This document shows positions 26,798 through 40,653 of a stretch of DNA of 64,000 bases, in pieces; position 1 is the stretch's first letter; every line of letters begins with the position of its first letter. Under the pieces are notes generated by a model. The model had not been told where the DNA came from. It ran no database searches and saw only the letters and a program-made list of their open reading frames with translations. Position numbers and translations under genes: made by a program. This DNA is from Eledone cirrhosa (lineage: Eukaryota): contig OZ024759.1 of the NCBI GenBank assembly GCA_964016885.1, positions 6,572,001 to 6,636,000 of the forward strand, written 5' to 3'.

Positions 26798-27864
26798 TAG
26801 GAACCAGTAAGACCCCGACAGCTGAGCTCAGGCCGTTTCGACGGCTAATTCTGGACTAAATGAAAATTTATCCTGGTATTTAAATAGCCGATCTTCTCAA
26901 GGGGTAATTCCATATATGGTCAAAGTGATTGTCAAAAATCAGTAGTAATTCTGTGATTGCAAATTAGTAGGGGAGATGGTGGCTAAACCTGCCAGTAGGA
27001 GAAAGAGGGGAGGGGGTGGAGTAGACCCAATCAAGCGTTGGTAGTGCCAGCTACAGCTGGGCATGAGGTCAAAGAAGATACTGGGGAGGGGGAGGGGGAG
27101 GAAGTCGGAACGGTAGGTAGAACAATGGGGGGGTAAAAATATATATGAAAGAAAAAATACTGAGAGTGAAGAAAAGCGAATAAGTGTAAAGAAAAAAGTA
27201 AAGCAAGTTCTACGACCTAGGTCTCTAGCTATTGTTAGGCTAGATAAATAAATAAATAAAGAAAGAAAGAAGTAAAGAAAGAAATAAAGAAATAACGAAA
27301 TAAGTAAAAGAACTAGGTGGGGCGGGATAGGCAAGGACCCTTTTAAGAGGTATAAGTACGTAAATGATACGGTGACGGGTCAACAAAAGGGGCCAAAATA
27401 CTAAAGGGACTACCACGAAATAAATAATAAAGGTTTCTATCCCGGGCACAATGCCAGCAACCACCCAGTGCAGCAAAGTGAACTAGTACGAGATAATAAT
27501 TCTGAGTCCCGAAAAAAAAATATACTAATGCTAACTCTAAAAGATCTAAAACAAGCTACATGAAAGTTCGTACGAAGTAAAGGTAGAATACGGAAAAATA
27601 AATTCAGAATCCACCCCGCCCAAAAGAAAAGCGAAGAAAGAAATACTGAAACGAAAAAATAAATAAGGCATAAGTGCCACTAAGAAATATAGAAGGCACG
27701 GAGAATAGTGGGAGCGGTCAGAAAAAGGGGGCAAGTATCCGGGGTCTAAACTAGCTGCTATAAAAGGCGAAGTCCGCCAAATCTATCATAGACTACGGTT
27801 CATATCTATCATAGACTATGGTCAAATCTATCATAGACTATGGTTCCTTACCACATTTCCTTCG

Positions 27865-27865
<1 letters not shown>
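26798..27865. mobile_element. second version of the asymmetric inverted-repeat element
   Basis: Starts TAGGAACCAGTAAGACCCCGAC, ends TGGTTCCTTACCACATTTCCTTCGT, in (TA)n. Confidence 0.85.
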
Positions 27866-27904
<39 letters not shown>

Positions 27905-27906
<2 letters not shown>

Positions 27907-28470
27907 TATGAAGAGAGAAGAAACATTTAGATATAATTAGTAATAAAATGTATCATACCTAAACTGCTTCTAGATTCCTCGACTACGTAGTTTCGTGGCA
28001 TAAACAAAAACAATATATCATAAAGATATAGAGTCCTTGCGAGGTCTGCCGACTTATCAAGAGGATACCTCATTTTACTAGTCTCAAGAACGCGTCTACA
28101 CGACGTGAGAAAGAATCCCAAAAGGCGGAGGGGGAGATAATCACGCGATATAACGGTCGAGAAACAGAGCTAAGCCTCTTATAACCCCGAAGAAAATACC
28201 ACGGAGGCGGAGGGGGTATTTATATCGAGGCCGCAGAAGAGGTGGTGAAGGAGGCGAGAAGTATGAGTAATGGAAGCTTTCCAGCTGTCCCCACACTTCA
28301 AAGATTGCTCGACCAGAGGGAGTTATTAACAATATATTTAGAAACACACAGATACATGCGGACACACACATATATACATGAATGCATCCGCACCCAACTG
28401 TGAGTTAAGGGTGCCAACTTCACCGATGTTGCTCAATGAATGACTGGGACAGACCAATCCAGTTGAACTA

Positions 28471-28472
<2 letters not shown>
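27905..28472 (-). mobile_element. near-monomer copy of the 591-nt HHR unit
   Basis: Reverse complement of about 34110-34676; HHR at 27976-28065. Confidence 0.85.
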
Positions 28473-28512
<40 letters not shown>

Positions 28513-28606
28513 GATAAATCTACCAAGAGTTTACGGTAGTGTCCAATCCGTATGAAGAACTCAATGTAATCCGGATATCATGGAAAGAAGAGATGCATTC
28601 AAAATT

Positions 28607-28753
28607 ATTATTTCTGAAGACGGCATATATGTGTGTTGGTATGTATATTGAATTTGATAGTTTGTATAATTTTGTATAATTTTGTACATAGATCTGTTAA
28701 ATATGCATGCCAATTCTAACACATATATGTCCTAGAAACGATCGTTAAATAAT
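28607..28753 (+). ncRNA. type I hammerhead ribozyme with a very long stem II
   Basis: AUUAUUU-CUGAAGA-[~114-nt hairpin]-GAAA-CGAUCG-UU-AAAUAAU. Confidence 0.65.
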
Positions 28754-28810
28754 GAACTTTTTTTGTTTAATATAAGGAACTGTTTCATTGTTTTATTCAT
28801 TATTTTTTTA

Positions 28811-28855
<45 letters not shown>

Positions 28856-29036
28856 CAAATTATTATCTAGATATAGTATTTATAGAAAGATAGATATTTT
28901 CGATCTGTTCAAGAATTTGAAGTCTCAGAGATTAGGTATCGTTAAAGGAAGATTACTTTAGGTCCTAACAGATTATATAATTCCTTACCCCACTACCCTT
29001 CTCTCTCACAGTCACATACCCCTTCTCTCTCACCCC

Positions 29037-29109
<73 letters not shown>

Positions 29110-29132
29110 CTGTATATATGCTCAATCATAAA

Positions 29133-29170
29133 TACTACTACTACTACTACCACTATTACTACTACTACTG

Positions 29171-29212
<42 letters not shown>

Positions 29213-29251
29213 ATACCACTACCACCACCACCACTACTACTACTACTACTG

Positions 29252-29315
<64 letters not shown>

Positions 29316-29415
29316 TATTACTACTACTCCTCCTCCTCCTGCTCCTCCTCCTCCTCCTCCTCCTCCTCCTACTACTACTACTACTACTACTACTACTCCT
29401 ACGACTACCACTACC

Positions 29416-29501
<86 letters not shown>

Positions 29502-29508
29502 CACCACC

Positions 29509-29580
<72 letters not shown>

Positions 29581-29629
29581 GCTACTACTACTACTACCAC
29601 CACCACCACCACCACCACCACCACCACCA

Positions 29630-29699
<70 letters not shown>

Positions 29700-29721
29700 C
29701 ACCACCACCACCACCACCACC

Positions 29722-29783
<62 letters not shown>

Positions 29784-29806
29784 CACCACCACCACCACCA
29801 CCACCA

Positions 29807-29852
<46 letters not shown>

Positions 29853-29868
29853 TACCACTACTATTACC

Positions 29869-29945
<77 letters not shown>

Positions 29946-29967
29946 CACTACCACTACTATTACCACC

Positions 29968-29999
<32 letters not shown>

Positions 30000-30021
30000 C
30001 ACTACCACTACTATTACCACC

Positions 30022-30072
<51 letters not shown>
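29133..30072. repeat. (ACT/ACC/CCT)n trinucleotide tract
   Basis: Direct inspection. Confidence 0.95.
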
Positions 30073-30073
<1 letters not shown>

Positions 30074-30281
30074 GGTGGATTATAAGGGTTAGAATGAGGA
30101 TTAGTGGGAGGAAAGTGTGGTGGAGGTGGTATGGGGGGGGGGGGGATTGAAATCTTTCCATCTTGGTTAGTTTCGGTTATAATTGTTTAATCCTCAGGTT
30201 TATACATATAGTGTCACGTGAGTCACGTCTTGAAGCTTGACCTGCCCCTTCTTCAATACACGTGTTTAAGAGATTATTATA

Positions 30282-30792
30282 GGAGGGGGCTTCAAAAAGT
30301 CCGTGGAAAAAGGACAGTTGGACAAAACGGTTAAAGTTATGATATTTATACTTCAACATATGCTCCAGCTTGGTCAGTGCACTTCTGCAAGTGTTGATAC
30401 CAGCCATAAGTCGATCTGTGTAAAACTGAGGGCCACGTGATTTAAACCATGTCTAAGCAGCTTTTTTATATCTTAAACTGGGGATCATCTTTAACCTCAT
30501 CTCTTCCACTTCTAGAACGACTTCTCCATTTGTAGGTTGTTGATTTCTTTGGGGTGTTGTCGCCATAAACTTGCTCCAGAGCGTCAATGGTTTGGCTGCT
30601 CTGCCACCCTAGCTTCACCACTAGCTTCACCTCCCGAGCAGGTGCTGACATCCGATTGCAGGTTGTAGGTTGCATTTCTTAGAACATGTTACGACATGTT
30701 AGTGTGAGATCGTGCAGGTGCATTGAGACCGAAGTCCCTGCCTAGCATTTATAGTTATGTACTTTTCCAGAAACTACTTGAAGCCTCCTTCA
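30282..30792 (-). mobile_element. internally deleted mariner transposon
   Basis: TA-flanked imperfect TIRs (GGAGGGGGCTTCAAAAAGT / TGAAGGAGGCTTCAAGTAGT); N-terminal HTH LVVKLGW...LEQVYGDNTPKKSTTYKW...GRDEVKDDP joined to C-terminal LQKCTDQAGAYVE. Confidence 0.85.
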
Positions 30793-33117
30793 TATATGTA
30801 CACACACACACATATATGTACACACACACACATATATGTACACACACACATATATGTACACACACACATATATATGTACACACACACATATATGTACACA
30901 CACACATATATGTACACACACACACTCATATATGTACACACATATATATGTACACACATATATGTACACACACACATATGTACACACACACATATATGTA
31001 CACACACACATATATGTACACACACACACATATATGTACACACACACACATATATGTACACACACACATATATGTACACACACACATATATGTACACACA
31101 CACATATATATGTACACACACACATATATGTACACACACACATATATGTACACACACACATATATGTACACACACACATATATGTACACATACACACATA
31201 TATGTACACACATACATATATGTACACACACACACATATACGGACACACACACATATATGTACACACATATATTTACACACACACATATATGTACACACA
31301 CATATATGTACACACACACACATATATGTACACACACACATATGTACACACACACATATATGACACACACACATATATGTACACACACACATATATGTAT
31401 ACACACACATATATGTACACACACACATATATGTATACACACACATATATGTATACACACACATATATGTACACACACACATATATGTACACACACAGAT
31501 ATATGTACACCCACACATATATGTACACACACACACATATACGTACACACACATATATGTACACACATATATGTACACACACATATATGTACACACACAC
31601 ACATATATGTACACACACACATATGTACACACACACATATATATGACACACACACATATATGTACACACACACATATATTTACACACACACATATATGTA
31701 CACACACACATATATGTACACACACACACATATATGTACACACACACATATATGTACACACACACATATATATACACACACACACACACATATATGTACA
31801 CACACACATATATGTACACACACACATATATGTACACACACACATATATGTACACACACACATATATGTACACACACACATATATGTACACACACACATA
31901 TATATGTACGCACATATATGTACACACAACATATGTACACACACATATATGTACACACACACATATATGTACACATACACACATATATGTACACACACAC
32001 ATATATGTACACCCACACATATATGTACACACACAACATATGTACACACACATATATGTACACATACACACATATATTTTCACACACACATATATGTACA
32101 CACACATATATGTACACACACACATATATGTACACACACACATATGTACACACACACACATATATGTACACACACACATATATGTATACACACACATATA
32201 TGTACACACACACACATATGTATACACACACATATATGTACATACACACACATATATGTACACACACACATATGTACACACACATATATGTACACACACA
32301 CATATGTGCACACACATATATGTACACACACACATATATGTACACACACACACATATATGTGCACACACATATATGTACACACACACATATATGTACACA
32401 CACACATATATTTACACACACACATATATGTACACACACACATATATGTACACACACACACATATATGTACACACACACATATATGTACACACTAACATA
32501 TATGTACACACACACTTATATGTACACACACACATATATGTACACATACATATATATGTACACAAACACATATATGTACACACACATATATGTACACACA
32601 CACACATATATGTACACACACACACATATATGTACACACACACATATATATAGACACACATATATGTACACACACACATATATGTACACACACATATATG
32701 TACACACACACACATATATGTACACACACACACATATATGTACACACACACATATATGTACACACACACATATATTTACACACACACATATATGTACACA
32801 TACACACATATATGTACACACACACACACATAAGTACACACACACACATATATGTACACACACACATATATGTACACACACACATATATGTACACATACA
32901 CATATATGTACACACATACATATATGTACACACACACATATATGTACACACACACATATATGTACACACACACATATATGTACACAGACACACATATATG
33001 TACACACACACATATATGTATACATACACACATATATGTACACACACACATATATGTACACACACACACACATATATGTACACACACACATATACGTACA
33101 CACACACATATATGTAT
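30793..33117. repeat. compound microsatellite, ~18-bp unit CACACACACATATATGTA
   Basis: Direct inspection. Confidence 0.95.
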
Positions 33118-33127
33118 GAGGGTAGGG

Positions 33128-33412
33128 GTATTCGGCTCACAATCGTAAGGTTGTGAGTTCTGTCCTTGAGCAAGACACTCTATTTCACGTTTCTCCAATC
33201 CACTCAGCTGGCAAAAATGAGTTGCACCTGCAATTCGAAGGATCAATCTTGTCATATTCTGTGTCACGCTGAATCTCCCTGAGAATTACGTTAAGGGTAC
33301 ACGTGTTTGTGGAATGCTCAGCCACTTGCACATTAATTTCAAGAGTAGGCAGTTCTGTTGATCGGATCAACTGGAACTGGAACACTTGTCATCGTAGCCA
33401 TCGGTTTGCCAG
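33128..33412 (+). mobile_element. tRNA-derived SINE, same body as 22575-22845
   Basis: GTATTCGGCTCACAATCGTAAGGTTGTGAGTTC...GTCCTTGAGCAAGACACTCTATTTCAC. Confidence 0.8.
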
Positions 33413-33427
33413 TATATATAAATATAT

Positions 33428-34811
<1,384 letters not shown>

Positions 34812-34925
34812 ATTATATATATATATATATATATATATAATTATATATATAAAAACTTGTGGAGTGCTTTATATCAGTTATAAAATATTTACTTGTTGTA
34901 ACCCAACAATTTTAAATAAAACCTT

Positions 34926-34995
<70 letters not shown>

Positions 34996-35001
34996 TATAT
35001 A

Positions 35002-35075
<74 letters not shown>

Positions 35076-35081
35076 TATATA

Positions 35082-35149
<68 letters not shown>

Positions 35150-35155
35150 TATATA

Positions 35156-35221
<66 letters not shown>

Positions 35222-35222
<1 letters not shown>

Positions 35223-35325
35223 CGGAGGAAATGTGGCAAGGAACCAGGTGGACCATAACGCACCAAAGTACTCAATACTTAGGGTAGTAGAGTGGGTAAT
35301 AGGAACGAGTGGGGTCCTACTCGTT

Positions 35326-35329
<4 letters not shown>
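35222..35329 (-). mobile_element. minimal 108-bp version of the asymmetric inverted-repeat element
   Basis: Tail matches 11016-11093; arms reduced to TAGGAACGAGT/ACTCGTTCCTA. Confidence 0.8.
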
Positions 35330-35385
<56 letters not shown>

Positions 35386-35834
35386 TCTATATAATTATAT
35401 ATATATAATTATATATATAATTATATATATATATATATATAATTATATATATAATTATATATATATATATATATATTGGTAAACGGAAAAGAAAATGGTG
35501 ACAAATTGTTCCCAGTGAAAAATATTTTAATTAGGAATAAGCAAAAATTAGTAATAGTATTGGTTAGGATTCAGTTTTGGTTTTAAGTTTTACCGGTTGC
35601 GCATTTCTAATGCTTTTCAAAAATAATTTTGAGATAGAGCGTCCGTGATGTTTGCTCTAATTATATCTACTTTTTCTACTCTATCTTCTCCAACAACCCC
35701 ACTTAAGAGTATTTACATTGTACATTTAACCATTCTGCTCTGAGGATACAGTGGTCACAGCATTGGATATTTGAGTTCTGCAAATAGTTGTAAATTTGCA
35801 CATTTCTATGATGTCTACCTGTTATTATACATTC

Positions 35835-35869
<35 letters not shown>

Positions 35870-35875
<6 letters not shown>

Positions 35876-37125
35876 GCGCAACTAACATCACTAACACCCC
35901 CAACCCCACGCACACGTACCCACACACCCTCGTACACCACCAACTCTACACACCCTACCACCACTAATCCCCACTCACACCTGCATTCAATCCTTTCTCC
36001 ACCTCCCGTATACTAACACCCACTAACACCCCCTTCATCAAACTACACACACACCAGTACACCACACTCCATCCATCTACCCCCACACCCTTCTATCCCC
36101 GCTCCGCCCACACCCTTTCTCCACACTCACTCATCCCACTAACACCTCTACTAATACACACACACACCCTCCTCACTCCAACTTTCACACCTACCCATCC
36201 TCGCCCCTTTACCATTCCACCCGACTGCTGCTATGCCTTCTGACCACCTCCCAGCACAAACAGACACACAGCACTCCCACCGCTTTGACCACTTCCTGTT
36301 GCGCGCGTACCCCACATCTCTCCTCTTCCGACCATCTCGTCATGGAATACTCGTATGTGGAACTTGACCACCGTGGAATCTACTACCATCATAGGAGTTT
36401 ACCAACATTTCAACCACATCCTCTCACGGAATCACCTATATAACTCACCCACACACACACCCCAAAAAATTTTTTTTCTCCCACACGCCACCTACACCCA
36501 CAGCACGCTTAAACCCCACACACACGTGCTTTCCACCACATATTTACACCTTCAGCCTCCGGATTCCTCTCCCCCCACCCCTCTATCCACACACACTCCG
36601 ACCTACACCCCACCCCACACACACCTCTTCCTGATCATGCAACCCCGTTCTTCCCCCAACCCTTGCTTTCACATACACACACACACACACACACACGTAC
36701 ACCTACACACACACCACCTTCAGCCCTCCCCGCCCGGACACCCCGTCTCCCTCTCCCCACTCCACCCGCCACCACCCCTACACACCCACACCCTTCCACC
36801 ACCTGTTTTGCCCCTTTTTAATTTCAGTTTATTTTGATCATGCTTTTATATTTATTTTTATTTCATTTCATTTTATTTTGATCATGCTTTATTTTTATTT
36901 TAATTTTTAATTTCATTCGCACCGTTTCCTCCCACCCCCTTTTCGCTATATGTCTCTCCACCACTCCCCTACACACCCTTTGAACTCTCTTCCCACACAC
37001 TTCTCACCTGAGGAAGGGCTTATGCCCGAAACGTCGTTCCCCACCACCACCCCACTCTCCAGAGCGTGAAATTAATAAACATTCGTTGTACTGCCTCTGT
37101 TTTGTTCCTGTTCAAATTTTCCATT
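35870..37125 (+). mobile_element. decayed PLE 3' end with canonical minimal HHR core at 37008-37035
   Basis: CUGAGGA-AGGGC UUAU GCCC-GAAA-CG-UC, AATAAA near 37074, (TA)n both sides; faint LPVAR and GT..RGI traces of GIY-YIG; stem I poor. Confidence 0.55.
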
Positions 37126-37246
37126 ATATATATATATATATATATATATAAATGAAGTAATTCCGTCGGAAAGGTCCAGGAAAAAAGAGTGCTCTCTGTA
37201 GGTTACAGAGCTTATTATTTATGTAATAAACAACATAAGATAATTA

Positions 37247-37307
37247 TTTCATTTACCAGTGGTTTCTTGAAAGCAAATAAAATTTGCTTTCAGTCATCAG
37301 AATGAAA
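37247..37307 (-). ncRNA. type I hammerhead ribozyme
   Basis: UUUCAUU-CUGAUGA-c UGAAAGCAAAU UUU AUUUGCUUUCA a-GAAA-CCACUGG-UA-AAUGAAA. Confidence 0.8.
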
Positions 37308-37419
37308 AAATCCTGATGTATTTATTGACAGTTGATTTTAAAAACAAAAATATAATCTATATGAAAGTGAGGCTGGAAAAGGAAGAAGGAAAGGAAAAAG
37401 AGTAAATATAAAAGTAGAT

Positions 37420-37465
<46 letters not shown>

Positions 37466-37466
37466 A

Positions 37467-37550
<84 letters not shown>

Positions 37551-37779
37551 TTATATATATATATGCGTTTGTGTGTGTGTGTGTGAACCAGCGTTCGTCG
37601 CCACTCTCTCTCTTCCTCTGTCTCTCTATCTGATTATCTTGTACCTCTCTCTGTATAACGACCTATCTCACTCTCTCTCTCTACATCTCCCTTTCTCTCT
37701 TTAGATGTATATGTATATGTGTGTGTGTGATATATATATATATATAGAGAGAGAGAGAGTTGCAACACGTATGTAGTTT

Positions 37780-38511
37780 CATAGATGTTTGAGGGTAGTG
37801 AGAATGAAAATATATAAATAAATTTACAGTAGAATAACATAACAAATATGTTTTAAATACATACATAAATAACATTACAAATTCCTCGGTAGCACTACAA
37901 AGAATGATACAATGAAAGATATATTCCTTCAATGCTACAATATTAAAGAAAACGTAAAGGAAGAGTTGAACAACGGAGCCAACAGCAGAGCAAAAGACAG
38001 CAACAAGGAGTACTGGGAAACCTCTCTAATGATTTTTGAGGCAAGCCAACACACTCGCAGCGTTGCCTCGGGTGATGGCGAGGCTGATGCGCTGAAATAT
38101 TGTTTTAAAAGACTTTTTAATGAAAATGAAGCAAAATGGAAGCTTAATGTTGAAACTTCGAACTCATGAATTTTGCAGGTTAAAATTTTGCTGGCCCGAA
38201 AACTGTTCGCGTATTTTTGTACCTTTGCACGTTTATTCGTAACGTAAATAGATAAACAAATGTCGCTATAAAAGGGAAATAACTCGTCTCTCATCTCTAT
38301 TTATACATTTGAACTGAAAAATCAATACATTACAAATTCGATTTTTGCACTTGGCGTGGGTCGATTTCAAAAATCTTTTGACCGATGTCTCCGCCGGACC
38401 TTCATCTATAAGTGTAGCAATTTCACCGAAATTTGAACGTACGGTTTAGGAGGAGATGTGTACCGACTGTTTTAGTAGAAAGACAGACAACCTCAGTTTT
38501 ATATATATAGA
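37780..38511 (-). mobile_element. non-autonomous Helitron-like element B (5' end clear, 3' end not located)
   Basis: Minus-strand start TCTATATATATAAAACTGAGGTTGTCTGTC; left boundary approximate. Confidence 0.5.
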
Positions 38512-39105
38512 CTAGCAGAAAACCACCCGGTGGGCGGTTTTCTGCTAGCAAATCTAGTGTATATACTGATATTGTTGAGATTTGGATGAGAAATGTTTTC
38601 GACACCACATGTTCACCGTCTCTCGGTGTGTCTTTTATGCATGTATAAATATATATGTTATCTATACGGTGAAATCTTTGAAATAAATATATGTTAAAAC
38701 GAAAAAGGAGAAAAAGAGATTAGTGACGGAAATATAGACGTTATGATACATAAACGTTATGATATAACGATGGAAATATATCTTCAAATGGTCCTTGGCA
38801 TGGTGTCAAGTCAGAACCGCCTCGAACTGGTTACTTCTGGCTTGTGCAAGGTGTCTCTATAGCAACCAGCGATTCCCTCGGCCTCAGTGACCAAAGTCAG
38901 TGGAGAGGGGAAGGTAATGTTTCTATAGCGACAGTGTTTCTCTTGGTAGTACCAAAGTGGAGAAAGGAAGGGGAAGGTAATATTTCTGTAGCACCTACAT
39001 TTGAGTTGTAGGGAATGACAGACAGACAGACAGACAGACAAACAGAGAAATGCCCATATATTTCTGTATATATATATATTACACACAGAAATGTATATAT
39101 ATTTC

Positions 39106-39162
<57 letters not shown>

Positions 39163-39499
39163 CACACACAGAAATGTATATATGTTTCTGTGTGTATATA
39201 TATATATATTACACACACAGAAATGTATATATATTTCTGTGTGTATATATATATATATTTCTGTGTGTGTATATATATATATATTACACACACACAGAAA
39301 TGTATATATGTTTCTGTAGCACTCCTCAATTCCCCCTCTCTCTCCCTCCCGCTATCCCCCTCTTGTAGTCTGTCTCTTTCTTTCACTCTCACTTTCTCTC
39401 TACGCGTGCGCATAAAACATTCGCACGCGCGCACGTGTTTCCACTGTCGGACAGACAGACAGACAAATAGAGAAATTGGTGGTTATATATATAAGTAGA
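38512..39499 (-). mobile_element. non-autonomous Helitron A
   Basis: A|TCTACTTATATATATAA 5' end with (CTGT)n nearby; 3' hairpin 38512-38548 ending CTAG|T. Confidence 0.75.
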
Positions 39500-39621
39500 T
39501 TGTAAATAATCCTTCTTAGAGATTGAAATGGCATTTTCAACTTCTTCCTATATTTTTACAACCGTATGAGATACTTTAAAAACTTTAAATGTACATATAT
39601 AACACACACACGCATATATAT

Positions 39622-39707
<86 letters not shown>

Positions 39708-39765
39708 TATATAGTACAAACACGTATATATATATATAAATATGCATAAATAATACAAACACGCA

Positions 39766-39797
<32 letters not shown>

Positions 39798-40226
39798 CAC
39801 ACATATAATATATATGTGCATACACACACACACACACATATATACATATATATACTAACTTTTGTATAATGTTATTCTAGTGAACGAAATGTCTCCATAA
39901 AAATAAATATGACAAGAAAGTTGACCAAGATGTTTAGGTTGGCACCAAGATCTCAGATAAGGAGGACTTATTATCTTGGTAGCAGAAAGTCTAAAGTTTT
40001 CCCTGGAGACTTTACAATTGACCCGCACCATTATGGTAACATTTTGCTCAACATCTTGATCTTGTTGGAAATGTTTTCTTAGCTCAAAATCTCCTCCTCA
40101 CCACCGACTTCGTCAACCGTACAGTTTTGTGAATGTTGTGTCACAACTCACACACACCATGTACAACAAATAAAAAAAGAATATATATATATATATATAT
40201 TCTAGGGCGGGTAAAATTCCCGAAAT

Positions 40227-40326
<100 letters not shown>

Positions 40327-40333
40327 TATAGAC

Positions 40334-40409
<76 letters not shown>

Positions 40410-40586
40410 AGAGGAAAGGAAAGGAAAAAACAAATTTTTTCCCTTATTTTTTTTCTTTTTCGGGGTTAGAAAATATTTAAAACACATTATTTTACTTTCT
40501 GTAAAATGTGAAAGTATTAATTATTTATTTAATAATTAACGGTTTCAGCATTTTATACATATATATTTTATACATTTATACATACA

Positions 40587-40649
<63 letters not shown>

Positions 40650-40653
<4 letters not shown>

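Noticed and set aside
30723-33267. His/Thr/Tyr/Cys-rich ORFs resembling metal-binding proteins
   Set aside because: Compound CA/TA microsatellite open in most frames
37912-38169. 85-aa non-repetitive ORF as a possible host exon
   Set aside because: No recognisable motif, lies within a probable Helitron-like repeat; needs BLASTX and RNA-seq
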